Assembly: GCA_964389015.1 (NCBI GenBank)
Contig: CAYMCR010000001.1
Location: 86,040-150,039 of the forward strand
DNA from: an uncultured Fibrobacteraceae bacterium
Lineage (GTDB): Bacteria; Krumholzibacteriota; Krumholzibacteriia; LZORAL124-64-63
Reading direction: 5' to 3'
Length of the DNA stretch: 64,000 nucleotides
This document shows, one piece after another, positions 1-7,450 of the stretch (positions within the stretch are counted from its first letter, which is position 1; each line of letters opens with the position of its first letter). The notes below the pieces were generated by a model that worked only from the letters and a program-made list of their open reading frames with translations, did not search any database and was not told the origin of the DNA. The position numbers and the translations under genes are program-made.

Positions 1-208
1 GGCGCAGGGCCTGGAGCAGCTCGAGTCCCGAGACGTTCGGCATCTTCAGGTCTGTGACCACCAGGTCGTAGACCTCGGCATTGAGTTTGGCCAGGGCCTC
101 TTCACCCGTCTCGGCCGCGTCCGTGCCGTAGCCCTCGTCGGCCAGGGATTCGGCCAGTGACTGGCGGATGGCTGCTTCGTCGTCGACGATGAGGATGCGT
201 TGCGTCAT
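1..208 (-). CDS. Response regulator receiver domain protein (partial; C-terminus beyond window start)
   Basis: Reverse translation of 1-208 gives MTQRILIVDDEAAIRQSLAESLADEGYGTDAAETGEEALAKLNAEVYDLVVTDLKMPNVSGLELLQAL, a classic receiver domain. The ATG at 208-206 overlaps the TGA of the upstream kinase gene (ATGA). Confidence 0.6.
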   Translation of the reverse strand, partial: MTQRILIVDDEAAIRQSLAESLADEGYGTDAAETGEEALAKLNAEVYDLVVTDLKMPNVSGLELLQALR

Positions 209-2505
209 GACATCTCCTGTTCACGGTCGCCTGTTGCGGTCCTCGCCAGGTCGGGCAACAGGACGGCGAAGACGGTTCCCTCCGCATCGCAATCGACACG
301 GATACTGCCGGCGTGTGCCGCCACGATCTTGCGGCTTATGGAAAGCCCCAAGCCCGTGCCGGCGCTCTTGGTGGTGTAGAAGGGGCGGAAGATGTGGTCC
401 CGCTCGGCGGGTTCGATCCCGGCCCCCCGGTCGGTGACGGCGATGCGGAATCCCGGCTGCACGCGCCCCTCGCCGTGGTCCGGAGCGCTTATCACCAGGT
501 CGTGCTCGCGCGAGAGTGAAACGGAGACGGTGGTCGACTGCGGCGTGGCGTCGATGGCGTTCAACAGCAGGTTGAGCACGACCTGCTTCAACTGGGTGCC
601 GTCGGCGTAGGCAATCGCTGCCGCGCCCCGCGGCCCGTCCGAGGCCAGTCCCAGACGGACGTGCTTCGCGTCGGCGCGGGGGCGAGCCAGCATCAGGCAG
701 TCGCGCAACAGGGCGACCAGGTCGATCGACGAGCGCTCCGGCTCGTAGGGACGCACGAACTGGAGCATGCGCGTGATGGTATCGTTGATGCGCTCGACCT
801 CGCCGGTGATCACGTCGATATAGCGGCGACGATCGTCGGACGGTTCGAAACTCTCGCTCAATAATTCGGCCTGGGCGCTGAGCCCCATCAGGGGGTTGCG
901 AATCTCGTGGGCCAGCGTCGCCGACATCTCGACCAGGCTCTGCAGGTTGTCCGCCCGCCGCTTTTCCTCGGCCAGGCGCTTGGCGGGGCGCAGGTCCTCG
1001 AGCACAACCACGCGCCACATCTCGTCGCGACCGCGGCCGGGCATCAGCGAGGACTGGACCATGACCGGCACGGCTGTGCCGTCGCTGCGGACCACGCGTC
1101 CCTCCCCGTAGAAGGGTTCGGGATCGACGCGGCTGAGGGCCCCCAACGAGGGCCCCTCGCTGTCCTCCAGGCGCAGGATGCCGTCCAGCAGAAGTTCGGG
1201 CAGATCCTCGAGATGGAACGTGTCGCGCCGGAAAAAGGAAGCCGAAGGACCGGCCGTGCCCGAACTGCGGCCGCGGCCGATCAACGTCGGGGGCTCGGTC
1301 ACGATCCTGGGCGCCTGCCGGCGACCGGTCAACATCTCGCGACCGCCGCGATTGCAATAGATGGAACGTCCCATCTCGTCCAGCACCCAGATGCCGCTGC
1401 CCACCGATTCTAGGACACGCGAGTTGAAGGTGCCGAGCTCGCGCATGCGGTCCAGCATCTGGGCGGAGGCCACTTCTTCGGCGAGAATGATCTGGGCCGT
1501 GCGCAGGAAAGCCAGCTGGCCGCTCGAGGCGAGGCGGGGCGGGAAATCGAGCAGCAGCAGGTACCCGAGACAGGTGTGCATGTGCTCGAGCGAGAGCGCG
1601 GCCACCACCGGGAGATCGGCGCCGTCGACAGGCGAGTCCGGTTCGAGAGTGATGATGGCGGACTCCTCGTCCGCGAAGTCGCCGTGCCCACGCTCCTCTT
1701 CGAGCCGGGCGAGCACCTTGTCCCAGGCCTCCTCGCCCCAGTGGAAGGTCTGGCGGGGGGCGAAGGGCGCGCCGGGCGCCGGACGCAGGACCAGGGCCGC
1801 CCCCTGGGCGCCGACAAAATCCGCCATCGTCCCCAGTAGCGATTCCAGCGTGCTGTCCCAGTTGGGTGATGTGCTCAGTTCCCGGCCGATGGTGTAGAGT
1901 AGCGATAGCTGGTCCATGTGGTCGGTCAGGGCCTGGTTGACCTGTTCGAGACGTTCGTGGGAACGGGCCAGGTCGTCACCCGCCCGCACCAGCTGTTCCT
2001 GCAGGCGGCGCTTGTGCTCGCGCAAGCGCAGGGTCGTCTCGCGCTGCTGGAGACCAAGCCGTGTCGTCTCGTTGAAGACCCGCAACCGCTCGGCGGCCCG
2101 GGCCATCATCTTGGCCCAACCCTCCGTATCGCCGATGCGCACGGCGTCGAATAGACCGGCGCGAAAGCCGTCGGTCAACAGGTCGTCGTCGCAGCCGTCG
2201 TGCAGCAGGATCGGCAGGGCGCCGGAATTCACGGACCGCAACTCGCGCACCAGGCTGGGCAGATCATCGACCACGCCCCCCGCCCGGGTGACCGGCAGGA
2301 CGACCAGAGCGCCTACGGGCGAGCGGTCACCGTCCGGCGTCACGGCGCGCAACAAATCCGCGCAGGAAGGATGACAGGTCAAGTCGATGGTGGCGGGCAG
2401 ACCATGGCCCTGCCAGGCTGGTTCCGAGGCCATGAGGATGGGAAAGCTGCTGGACACGCCGTCCCCCGAAGCGTGAGAGATTCTTTTTCGGCGCACCCGG
2501 ATCAT
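205..2505 (-). CDS. Sensor histidine kinase with N-terminal degenerate receiver-like region, coiled coil, GAF/PAS, HisKA and HATPase
   Basis: 766-aa ORF. HisKA H-box HEIRNPLMGLSAQAELL; HATPase G-boxes DRGAGIEPAERDHIFRPFYTTKSAGTGLGLSISRKIV; central GAF-like and PAS-like segments. Translationally coupled to the receiver gene. Confidence 0.8.
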   Translation of the reverse strand: MIRVRRKRISHASGDGVSSSFPILMASEPAWQGHGLPATIDLTCHPSCADLLRAVTPDGDRSPVGALVVLPVTRAGGVVDDLPSLVRELRSVNSGALPILLHDGCDDDLLTDGFRAGLFDAVRIGDTEGWAKMMARAAERLRVFNETTRLGLQQRETTLRLREHKRRLQEQLVRAGDDLARSHERLEQVNQALTDHMDQLSLLYTIGRELSTSPNWDSTLESLLGTMADFVGAQGAALVLRPAPGAPFAPRQTFHWGEEAWDKVLARLEEERGHGDFADEESAIITLEPDSPVDGADLPVVAALSLEHMHTCLGYLLLLDFPPRLASSGQLAFLRTAQIILAEEVASAQMLDRMRELGTFNSRVLESVGSGIWVLDEMGRSIYCNRGGREMLTGRRQAPRIVTEPPTLIGRGRSSGTAGPSASFFRRDTFHLEDLPELLLDGILRLEDSEGPSLGALSRVDPEPFYGEGRVVRSDGTAVPVMVQSSLMPGRGRDEMWRVVVLEDLRPAKRLAEEKRRADNLQSLVEMSATLAHEIRNPLMGLSAQAELLSESFEPSDDRRRYIDVITGEVERINDTITRMLQFVRPYEPERSSIDLVALLRDCLMLARPRADAKHVRLGLASDGPRGAAAIAYADGTQLKQVVLNLLLNAIDATPQSTTVSVSLSREHDLVISAPDHGEGRVQPGFRIAVTDRGAGIEPAERDHIFRPFYTTKSAGTGLGLSISRKIVAAHAGSIRVDCDAEGTVFAVLLPDLARTATGDREQEMS

Positions 2506-2649
2506 TTATGAAATTTCCGAGCACGTAGGCACATTGCCAGACAATGAATAACGAACCGACTGTAAAGTTTCTTACCAGCGGCCACAAGTCAATAGATATC
2601 TACAAACTCGAAACAATACGTGTGGGAAGGGATGACCGGTGAGGCGCGG

Positions 2650-3024
2650 TCATTCCAGCAGGGTGCCGAGTCCTCTCATCAAGCCCGTCAACTTGCCCGC
2701 GACCTGCTCCCTGATCTCGACCGAGGAATAGACGCCCGACTGCAGTCGCCGCCTGACGGCCTCCAGCTTCTCGGATCTCTCCGGCGTTTCCTCCGCCAGC
2801 TTGGCCCGTCCGGCCTGCATCAAATCACGCAACTGGGCCAACTTGTGGGCCGAGGTCGATATTTCGAGCTTTTCGCCCCCGGGCAAGACGAGCTGTCCTT
2901 CGCCGGCCTTCGCATCGATCTTGGCACCGCGCTCGTCGCTCGGCTCGGCCGGGCGTGACTGCTGGAACCGGGCCAGGGCCCTGGGATCACCGAGCAGGCT
3001 GCGATCGATCTTGTTGGCGCTCAT
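2650..3024 (-). CDS. flgM: Anti-sigma-28 factor FlgM-like
   Basis: 124-aa protein whose C-terminus KLEAVRRRLQSGVYSSVEIREQVAGKLTGLM matches the conserved FlgM C-terminal helix (VDxxKVAxIKxAIxxGxYxV). Sits divergent from flagellin with a sigma28 promoter upstream. Confidence 0.55.
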   Translation of the reverse strand: MSANKIDRSLLGDPRALARFQQSRPAEPSDERGAKIDAKAGEGQLVLPGGEKLEISTSAHKLAQLRDLMQAGRAKLAEETPERSEKLEAVRRRLQSGVYSSVEIREQVAGKLTGLMRGLGTLLE

Positions 3025-3128
3025 GTGAAGTCGGTCTCCTCGCGTGACGGGACGGTAACGGTTTCTCGCGGGTTCAGGCTAGCAAGGCCGGGACCAATCG
3101 GCAAGAGGTCCTGCTCTGCTCACTTTTC

Positions 3129-3156
3129 ATTTCGGCTACCACAGTAATTATCTTTA
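3129..3156 (-). promoter_or_regulatory. Sigma28 (FliA)-type promoter for flgM
   Basis: Minus strand reads TAAAG-N16-GCCGAAAT, against the consensus TAAA-N15-GCCGATAA. Lies about 100 nt upstream of the flgM start. Confidence 0.45.
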
Positions 3157-3269
3157 GCGGTATGTAATGAATTGTGATGTATGCTGACGTTTTGACTCCC
3201 CTTCGCAGGCGAGCTCTCCAGGTACAATCCACTGATTGAATCCTAGTAATTATTGCACAAAAGAATAAC

Positions 3270-3297
3270 TAAAGGTTTTCGGGAGCCAGGCCGATAA
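3270..3297 (+). promoter_or_regulatory. Sigma28 (FliA)-type promoter for the flagellin operon
   Basis: TAAAGGTTTT-N-GCCGATAA with a 16-nt spacer, a near-perfect FliA consensus, about 160 nt upstream of the flagellin ATG. Confidence 0.6.
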
Positions 3298-3411
3298 CTC
3301 ACGCACAGTCAATTCGCGTCAGGCGGAAGAGCAGGCCGGAGTACAGTTCGAGGAGGGTTGGCGAAGGCCCGAATTTCCGCCGAAGCAGTGGGAGACTGAC
3401 GATTCCCGCAG

Positions 3412-3448
3412 GTCAGGCAAGGACGTCTGACTGATCACTTGGAAGGAG
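3412..3448 (+). promoter_or_regulatory. Putative CsrA binding sites in the flagellin 5' leader (GGA-loop hairpin plus SD-overlapping GGA)
   Basis: Hairpin GTCAG-gcaaGGAcgt-CTGAC with GGA in the loop, followed by ggaaGGAg overlapping the Shine-Dalgarno. Same architecture as the B. subtilis hag BS1/BS2 sites. csrA and fliW are encoded 3 kb away. Confidence 0.4.
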
Positions 3449-3454
3449 CTAGAC

Positions 3455-4285
3455 ATGACTCTGCGCATTAACACCAACGTCGCTTCGATCAACGCCCAGC
3501 GTAATCTCTACAACACCACCATGAAGCTGAACAAGTCGCTGGAGCGGCTGAGCTCGGGTCTGCGCATCAACCGCGCGGGCGACGACGCGGCCGGCCTGGC
3601 GATCAGCGAGAACCTGAAGTCCGACATCCGCGCCTACGAGCAGTCTGCGCGGAACGCGGCCGACGGCATCTCCATGATTCAGGTGGCTGAAGGCGCCCTG
3701 GGCGAGGTCAGTGACATCCTCATCCGCATGCGTGAACTGGCCCAGCAGGCCTCGAACGAGACGCTTGGCGCCTCGGAGCGTGGCTATCTGAACGACGAGT
3801 TCGACGCAATGTCACTTGAAATCAACCGTATTTCCGACAACACGGAGTTCAACGGCTCCCAATTACTGGACGGCACCGCAGCCGCCGATCTTGAGATCCA
3901 AGTCGGTCTGGCGGCGGGCGATGTCATCACTGTCGACTTCAGCACCGACACCGATACGACTGGGCTGGGTATCGCAGCCGCGGACCTGTCTGGAGTTGAT
4001 GGTGACAATGCCCAGGCCGCCATCACGATGATCGAGGGCGCGATCAGCTCCCTGAGCGGCTACCGGGCCGGTTTCGGTGCGGGTCAGACTCGCCTCGAAT
4101 CTGCGATTCGAAGCGTCAACAACGCCGTCGAGAACCTCTCGGCTGCGAACTCCCGTATCAGGGATGTGGACATCGCTTCCGAAATGTCTGCGATGACCAG
4201 CTCCCAGATCCTGCAGCAGGCCGGTGTCTCGGTCCTGACGCAGGCGAACATGACGCCGCAGATGGCGCTCATGCTGCTGCAGTAA
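3455..4285 (+). CDS. fliC: Flagellin
   Basis: N-terminus MTLRINTNVASINAQRNLYNTTMKLNKSLERLSSGLRINRAGDDAAGLAISE and C-terminus AANSRIRDVDIASEMSAMTSSQILQQAGVSVLTQANMTPQMALMLLQ are canonical flagellin D0/D1. 276 aa. Confidence 0.9.
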   Translation: MTLRINTNVASINAQRNLYNTTMKLNKSLERLSSGLRINRAGDDAAGLAISENLKSDIRAYEQSARNAADGISMIQVAEGALGEVSDILIRMRELAQQASNETLGASERGYLNDEFDAMSLEINRISDNTEFNGSQLLDGTAAADLEIQVGLAAGDVITVDFSTDTDTTGLGIAAADLSGVDGDNAQAAITMIEGAISSLSGYRAGFGAGQTRLESAIRSVNNAVENLSAANSRIRDVDIASEMSAMTSSQILQQAGVSVLTQANMTPQMALMLLQ

Positions 4286-4299
4286 TCCTGACGGCAGAT

Positions 4300-4331
4300 C
4301 CGGCGGGGCCTATTCCGGGCCCCGCCGGTTT
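4300..4331 (+). terminator. Stem-loop between flagellin and fliD (possible partial terminator/attenuator)
   Basis: CCGGCGGGGCC-tattccg-GGCCCCGCCGG, an 11-bp GC stem followed by only TTT. Typical position for flagellin/cap stoichiometry control. Confidence 0.35.
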
Positions 4332-4360
4332 CAACGACGCGAACGGGAGGGCGTCTTGAC

Positions 4361-5665
4361 ATGATCTCTTTCGGCGGACTCGCCTCTGGCCTGGATACAG
4401 GCACCATCATCGCCCAATTGCTCGAGGTGCGCCGGCAACCGATCTATGACCTCGAGTCAAAGAAATCCCTCTATAGTCAGCAGAGCACCGCCATGGCCGG
4501 CGTGGAGAGCCGCCTGTCGGATCTGCTCAGCGCGATCCAGTCGCTGGACTCCAACCAGGAGTTCGCTTCGTTGAGCGCGATCTCGTCCGACGAGGATTAC
4601 CTGACCGCCACCGCGGGCGCATTGGCCTCGCAGGGCAGTTTCGACATCACGGTCAACGCCCTGGCCTACGCCCAGAAGTCCATGACCCAGGGCTACGACA
4701 CCGCGAGCGACAGCATCGGCACCGGCACTTTCTCGATCACCGTCGGCGGCGAGGCCACCGACATCACCATGGTCGAGGGCGCCAGCGGCCTGGGCGACCT
4801 GGCCGCGGCCATCAACAATTCCAGCGCGGGCGTCACCGCGACCGTGCTCTTCGACGGCTCCGAGACCGGCGGTTTCCATCTGGTGATCTCCGCCGAGGAG
4901 ACCGGCACCGAATCCGCCTTCACCATCGACGCCAGCGGCCTGAGCGGCGGCACCGCTCCCGTCCTCACGACGACCCAGGATGCGACGAACGCCCAGTTCG
5001 TCATCGACACCCTGACCGTTAACTCCCAGACCAACGAGGTCGCCAGCGCCATCCAGGGCGTGACCTTGAACCTGGAGCAGGCCGACGTGGGCGTGACCGT
5101 CAATCTGGATATCGGTGTCGACGGCGAGGCGCTGCAGGAGAAGGTGCAGACCTTCGTCGACTCGTACAACGCGCTGTTCAACTACATGAACGAGCAGTCG
5201 GCCGACGGCAAGGTCCTGCGTGGGGACTCCATCGTCCGCAGTATCTCGTCTCGTGTGCGCATGGCGCTGACGACCAGCCTGGAGTCCGGCGACATCACCA
5301 CGCTGTACCAGATCGGCATCCGGCAGGAAGAGGACGGCATCCTCAGCTTCGATTCCTCCGCCTTCCAGGAAAACGTGGCCGAGGACTACACCGGCGTGCG
5401 TGATCTATTCATCGGCACCGACACCAACGAGGGAATTGTCTATCTGCTGGGTCTGTCGCTGGACGACATGACGGACTCCGTAAACGGGGTCTTCAAGGTG
5501 CGCAGCGACTCCCTCACGGATCGCATCGAGCACATCGACGACCGGATCGAGAGATACGAGCGCAGCATCGAGAGCTACGAAGAGACGCTGAACCGGAAAT
5601 TCACGGCCATGGAGCAGATGGTTGCCGCCCTGCAGGCGCAGAGCGGCGCCCTGTACGGCTCCTAG
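4361..5665 (+). CDS. fliD: Flagellar filament cap protein FliD (hook-associated protein 2)
   Basis: N-terminus MISFGGLASGLDTGTIIAQLLEVRRQPIYDLESKKSLYSQQSTAMAGVESRLSDL is the FliD N-terminal signature. 434 aa; C-terminal coiled coil. Confidence 0.85.
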   Translation: MISFGGLASGLDTGTIIAQLLEVRRQPIYDLESKKSLYSQQSTAMAGVESRLSDLLSAIQSLDSNQEFASLSAISSDEDYLTATAGALASQGSFDITVNALAYAQKSMTQGYDTASDSIGTGTFSITVGGEATDITMVEGASGLGDLAAAINNSSAGVTATVLFDGSETGGFHLVISAEETGTESAFTIDASGLSGGTAPVLTTTQDATNAQFVIDTLTVNSQTNEVASAIQGVTLNLEQADVGVTVNLDIGVDGEALQEKVQTFVDSYNALFNYMNEQSADGKVLRGDSIVRSISSRVRMALTTSLESGDITTLYQIGIRQEEDGILSFDSSAFQENVAEDYTGVRDLFIGTDTNEGIVYLLGLSLDDMTDSVNGVFKVRSDSLTDRIEHIDDRIERYERSIESYEETLNRKFTAMEQMVAALQAQSGALYGS

Positions 5666-5679
5666 CCAGGGAGTGTCAG

Positions 5680-6192
5680 ATGTACAACGACGGGATTCGC
5701 AAGTATCAGGAAACCATGGTCCATACCATGGGGCCGGAGAGAATGATCGTGATGCTCTACGAGGGTGTCGTCCGGCATCTGCAGGGTGCCCGAGCCGACA
5801 TGGCCAAGGATGACGTTGCCGGTAAGGCCACCCACCTCCAGAAGGCCCAGAACATCATCGCGGAACTCAATCACAGCCTCGACCACAAATGCAACGGCGA
5901 GGTAGCTGCTGGTCTGTCTTCTATTTACAACTTCATCTTCAACGAATTGATCAACGCGCAGGTTAGCAGCGACGTCAAGCATATCGACGATGTCCTGCGG
6001 GTGCTCGCCCCCCTGCTGCTGGCCTGGCAATCCATCCAGCCCGGGACTGCCGAGAACGCCCGCAACGCCGAAAACGCCACTAGCGCAGGATCTGGCCCCG
6101 AAACTGCACCTCCCCGGCTGCAGACGGAGTACGCCGACGGCGACGCAATCGCGGAGGCGGACAAAACGAGTGACCTGTGCGTGGCGGTTTGA
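5680..6192 (+). CDS. fliS: Flagellar export chaperone FliS
   Basis: 170 aa. YQETMVHTMGPERMIVMLYEGVVRHLQGARADMAKDDVAGKATHLQKAQNIIAELNHSLD matches the FliS four-helix bundle family. Immediately follows fliD. Confidence 0.75.
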   Translation: MYNDGIRKYQETMVHTMGPERMIVMLYEGVVRHLQGARADMAKDDVAGKATHLQKAQNIIAELNHSLDHKCNGEVAAGLSSIYNFIFNELINAQVSSDVKHIDDVLRVLAPLLLAWQSIQPGTAENARNAENATSAGSGPETAPPRLQTEYADGDAIAEADKTSDLCVAV

Positions 6193-6193
6193 G

Positions 6194-6520
6194 ATGGAAC
6201 ATGATATCGCTGAACTGATACGGCTCACCCGCGAAATGGCGGAGGCGCTGGACCGGGACCACCTCGATCGCTGCACCGCGCTATTGGCCGAGCGCGGGAC
6301 ACTGCTCGAGTCCCTGACGACGCAGTACGCCCCCGACGGCGCGAACCTGCCCGACGAGCTGCGGGCAGCGCTGGCATCAGTCAGAGCACAGGACGCCCTC
6401 CTGGAGGCGAGACTGGCGAGCGCCATGACCCGCATCGGCCGGCAACTCGGTGATCTGAAAGCAAAATCCCGCCACAGCGATGGCGGGAATTCACCCGTAT
6501 GCCTCAATAAACGCGCCTAA
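6194..6520 (+). CDS. Small helical flagellar-operon protein (FliT-like candidate)
   Basis: 108-aa all-helical ORF starting 1 nt after the fliS stop (tgagATG), in the position fliT occupies in other fliDST operons. No recognisable motif beyond the helical pattern. Confidence 0.3.
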   Translation: MEHDIAELIRLTREMAEALDRDHLDRCTALLAERGTLLESLTTQYAPDGANLPDELRAALASVRAQDALLEARLASAMTRIGRQLGDLKAKSRHSDGGNSPVCLNKRA

Positions 6521-6532
6521 GGGCGCTCCAGC

Positions 6533-6778
6533 CTATTCTTCTTCCTCGTTCTTATCCTTGTCCTTGTCCCCGAATTTCTTGGGGTCCGGCTGGTCGGAGT
6601 CGGCGGCGCGCATGGTGATGTTCTTGATCTCCTCGTAGATCTCATGGCGATGAACGGGGATGGCGCGGGGCGCGTCGATGCCGATCTGAACCTGGTCGCC
6701 ACGAATATCGACGATCATGATCGAGATATCGTCCCCGATCATGATCTTCTCGTTTCTCTTGCGGCTCAGGATTAGCAC
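6533..6778 (-). CDS. csrA: Carbon storage regulator CsrA (translational repressor)
   Basis: GTG start with a GGAGG RBS. (M)[52 protein letters not shown] is the canonical CsrA fold, followed by an acidic/Lys-rich tail [11 protein letters not shown]. Confidence 0.85.
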   Translation of the reverse strand: MLILSRKRNEKIMIGDDISIMIVDIRGDQVQIGIDAPRAIPVHRHEIYEEIKNITMRAADSDQPDPKKFGDKDKDKNEEEE

Positions 6779-6844
6779 GGGACCTCCATGTCTCCCCTCA
6801 GTGCCACGGTGCCCGACCGTGACGGGCGTAAAATAACGCAAACC

Positions 6845-7450
6845 CTAGCGGGCGTCGATCAATTCCTCGTCCCTCTCCCGCTCTAGCGGATCTGCTTGCT
6901 GCGATTGATCATACTTGGCCTGCATCACCTTGTCTACCGCTGTTCCAAGCACGTTTTCCGGATGGCCGGAGGCGTAGGCGAGGCATGCGTCACCGAAGCG
7001 CTGGTCGTGTATCTCCTGGCGCATGTTGTAGTTACTGCCCTCAACCACGCACTGGACGCCGATCCGGCTATTGACGTTGACCACCAGGGGAGCCGTCAAG
7101 TTTCCGGTCACGCGGCTGCCGCCTGCGTGTACGGTGGAGATGATCATCACCACGATGTCTTCGATTCCTTCGGCCTGCAACACCTTCTGGGGAGCGTCAT
7201 CGATCTCGAAACTGTACTTCTCGGTGAAAAAACCGGGATCGGTGACCGGCACCTTGAATCCCTCCCGATCCTGGGACACGAGCCATTTCATGGGCAAAGG
7301 CGGGTCCATGTCAACGAGAATCCACCGCTGCAATTCCGGTAGCCCCACCAAGCCGGACGGGAAGGTCAAAACGTCGCTTGCGCGCGGTTCCCGGTTTTCA
7401 ACGTTAGACTGCTGCATTTCTGCTCCTTTTCCCGGACGATGGTTCGTCAT
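6845..7450 (-). CDS. fliW: Flagellar assembly factor FliW (CsrA antagonist) with C-terminal extension
   Basis: LTFPSGLVGLPELQRWILVDMDPPLPMKWLVSQDREGFKVPVTDPGFFTEKYSFEIDDAPQKVLQAEGIEDIVVMIISTV...NLTAPLVVNVNSRIGVQCVVEGSNY matches the FliW family. The ATG overlaps the flgL stop (TGATG). An extra acidic C-tail of about 50 aa follows the domain. Confidence 0.8.
   Translation of the reverse strand: MTNHRPGKGAEMQQSNVENREPRASDVLTFPSGLVGLPELQRWILVDMDPPLPMKWLVSQDREGFKVPVTDPGFFTEKYSFEIDDAPQKVLQAEGIEDIVVMIISTVHAGGSRVTGNLTAPLVVNVNSRIGVQCVVEGSNYNMRQEIHDQRFGDACLAYASGHPENVLGTAVDKVMQAKYDQSQQADPLERERDEELIDAR

Noticed and set aside
3025-3454. Sigma54 -24/-12 elements in the flgM/flagellin divergent region (e.g. 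TTGGCGAAGGCCCGAATTTCC).
   Set aside because: GG and GC are not at the required 10-nt spacing. Sigma28 consensus elements explain the region.
5990-6520. 176-aa plus ORF overlapping the fliS 3' end.
   Set aside because: Its N-terminal 68 aa are an out-of-frame read of fliS. The real gene is the 108-aa ORF starting at ATG 6194, 1 nt after the fliS stop.
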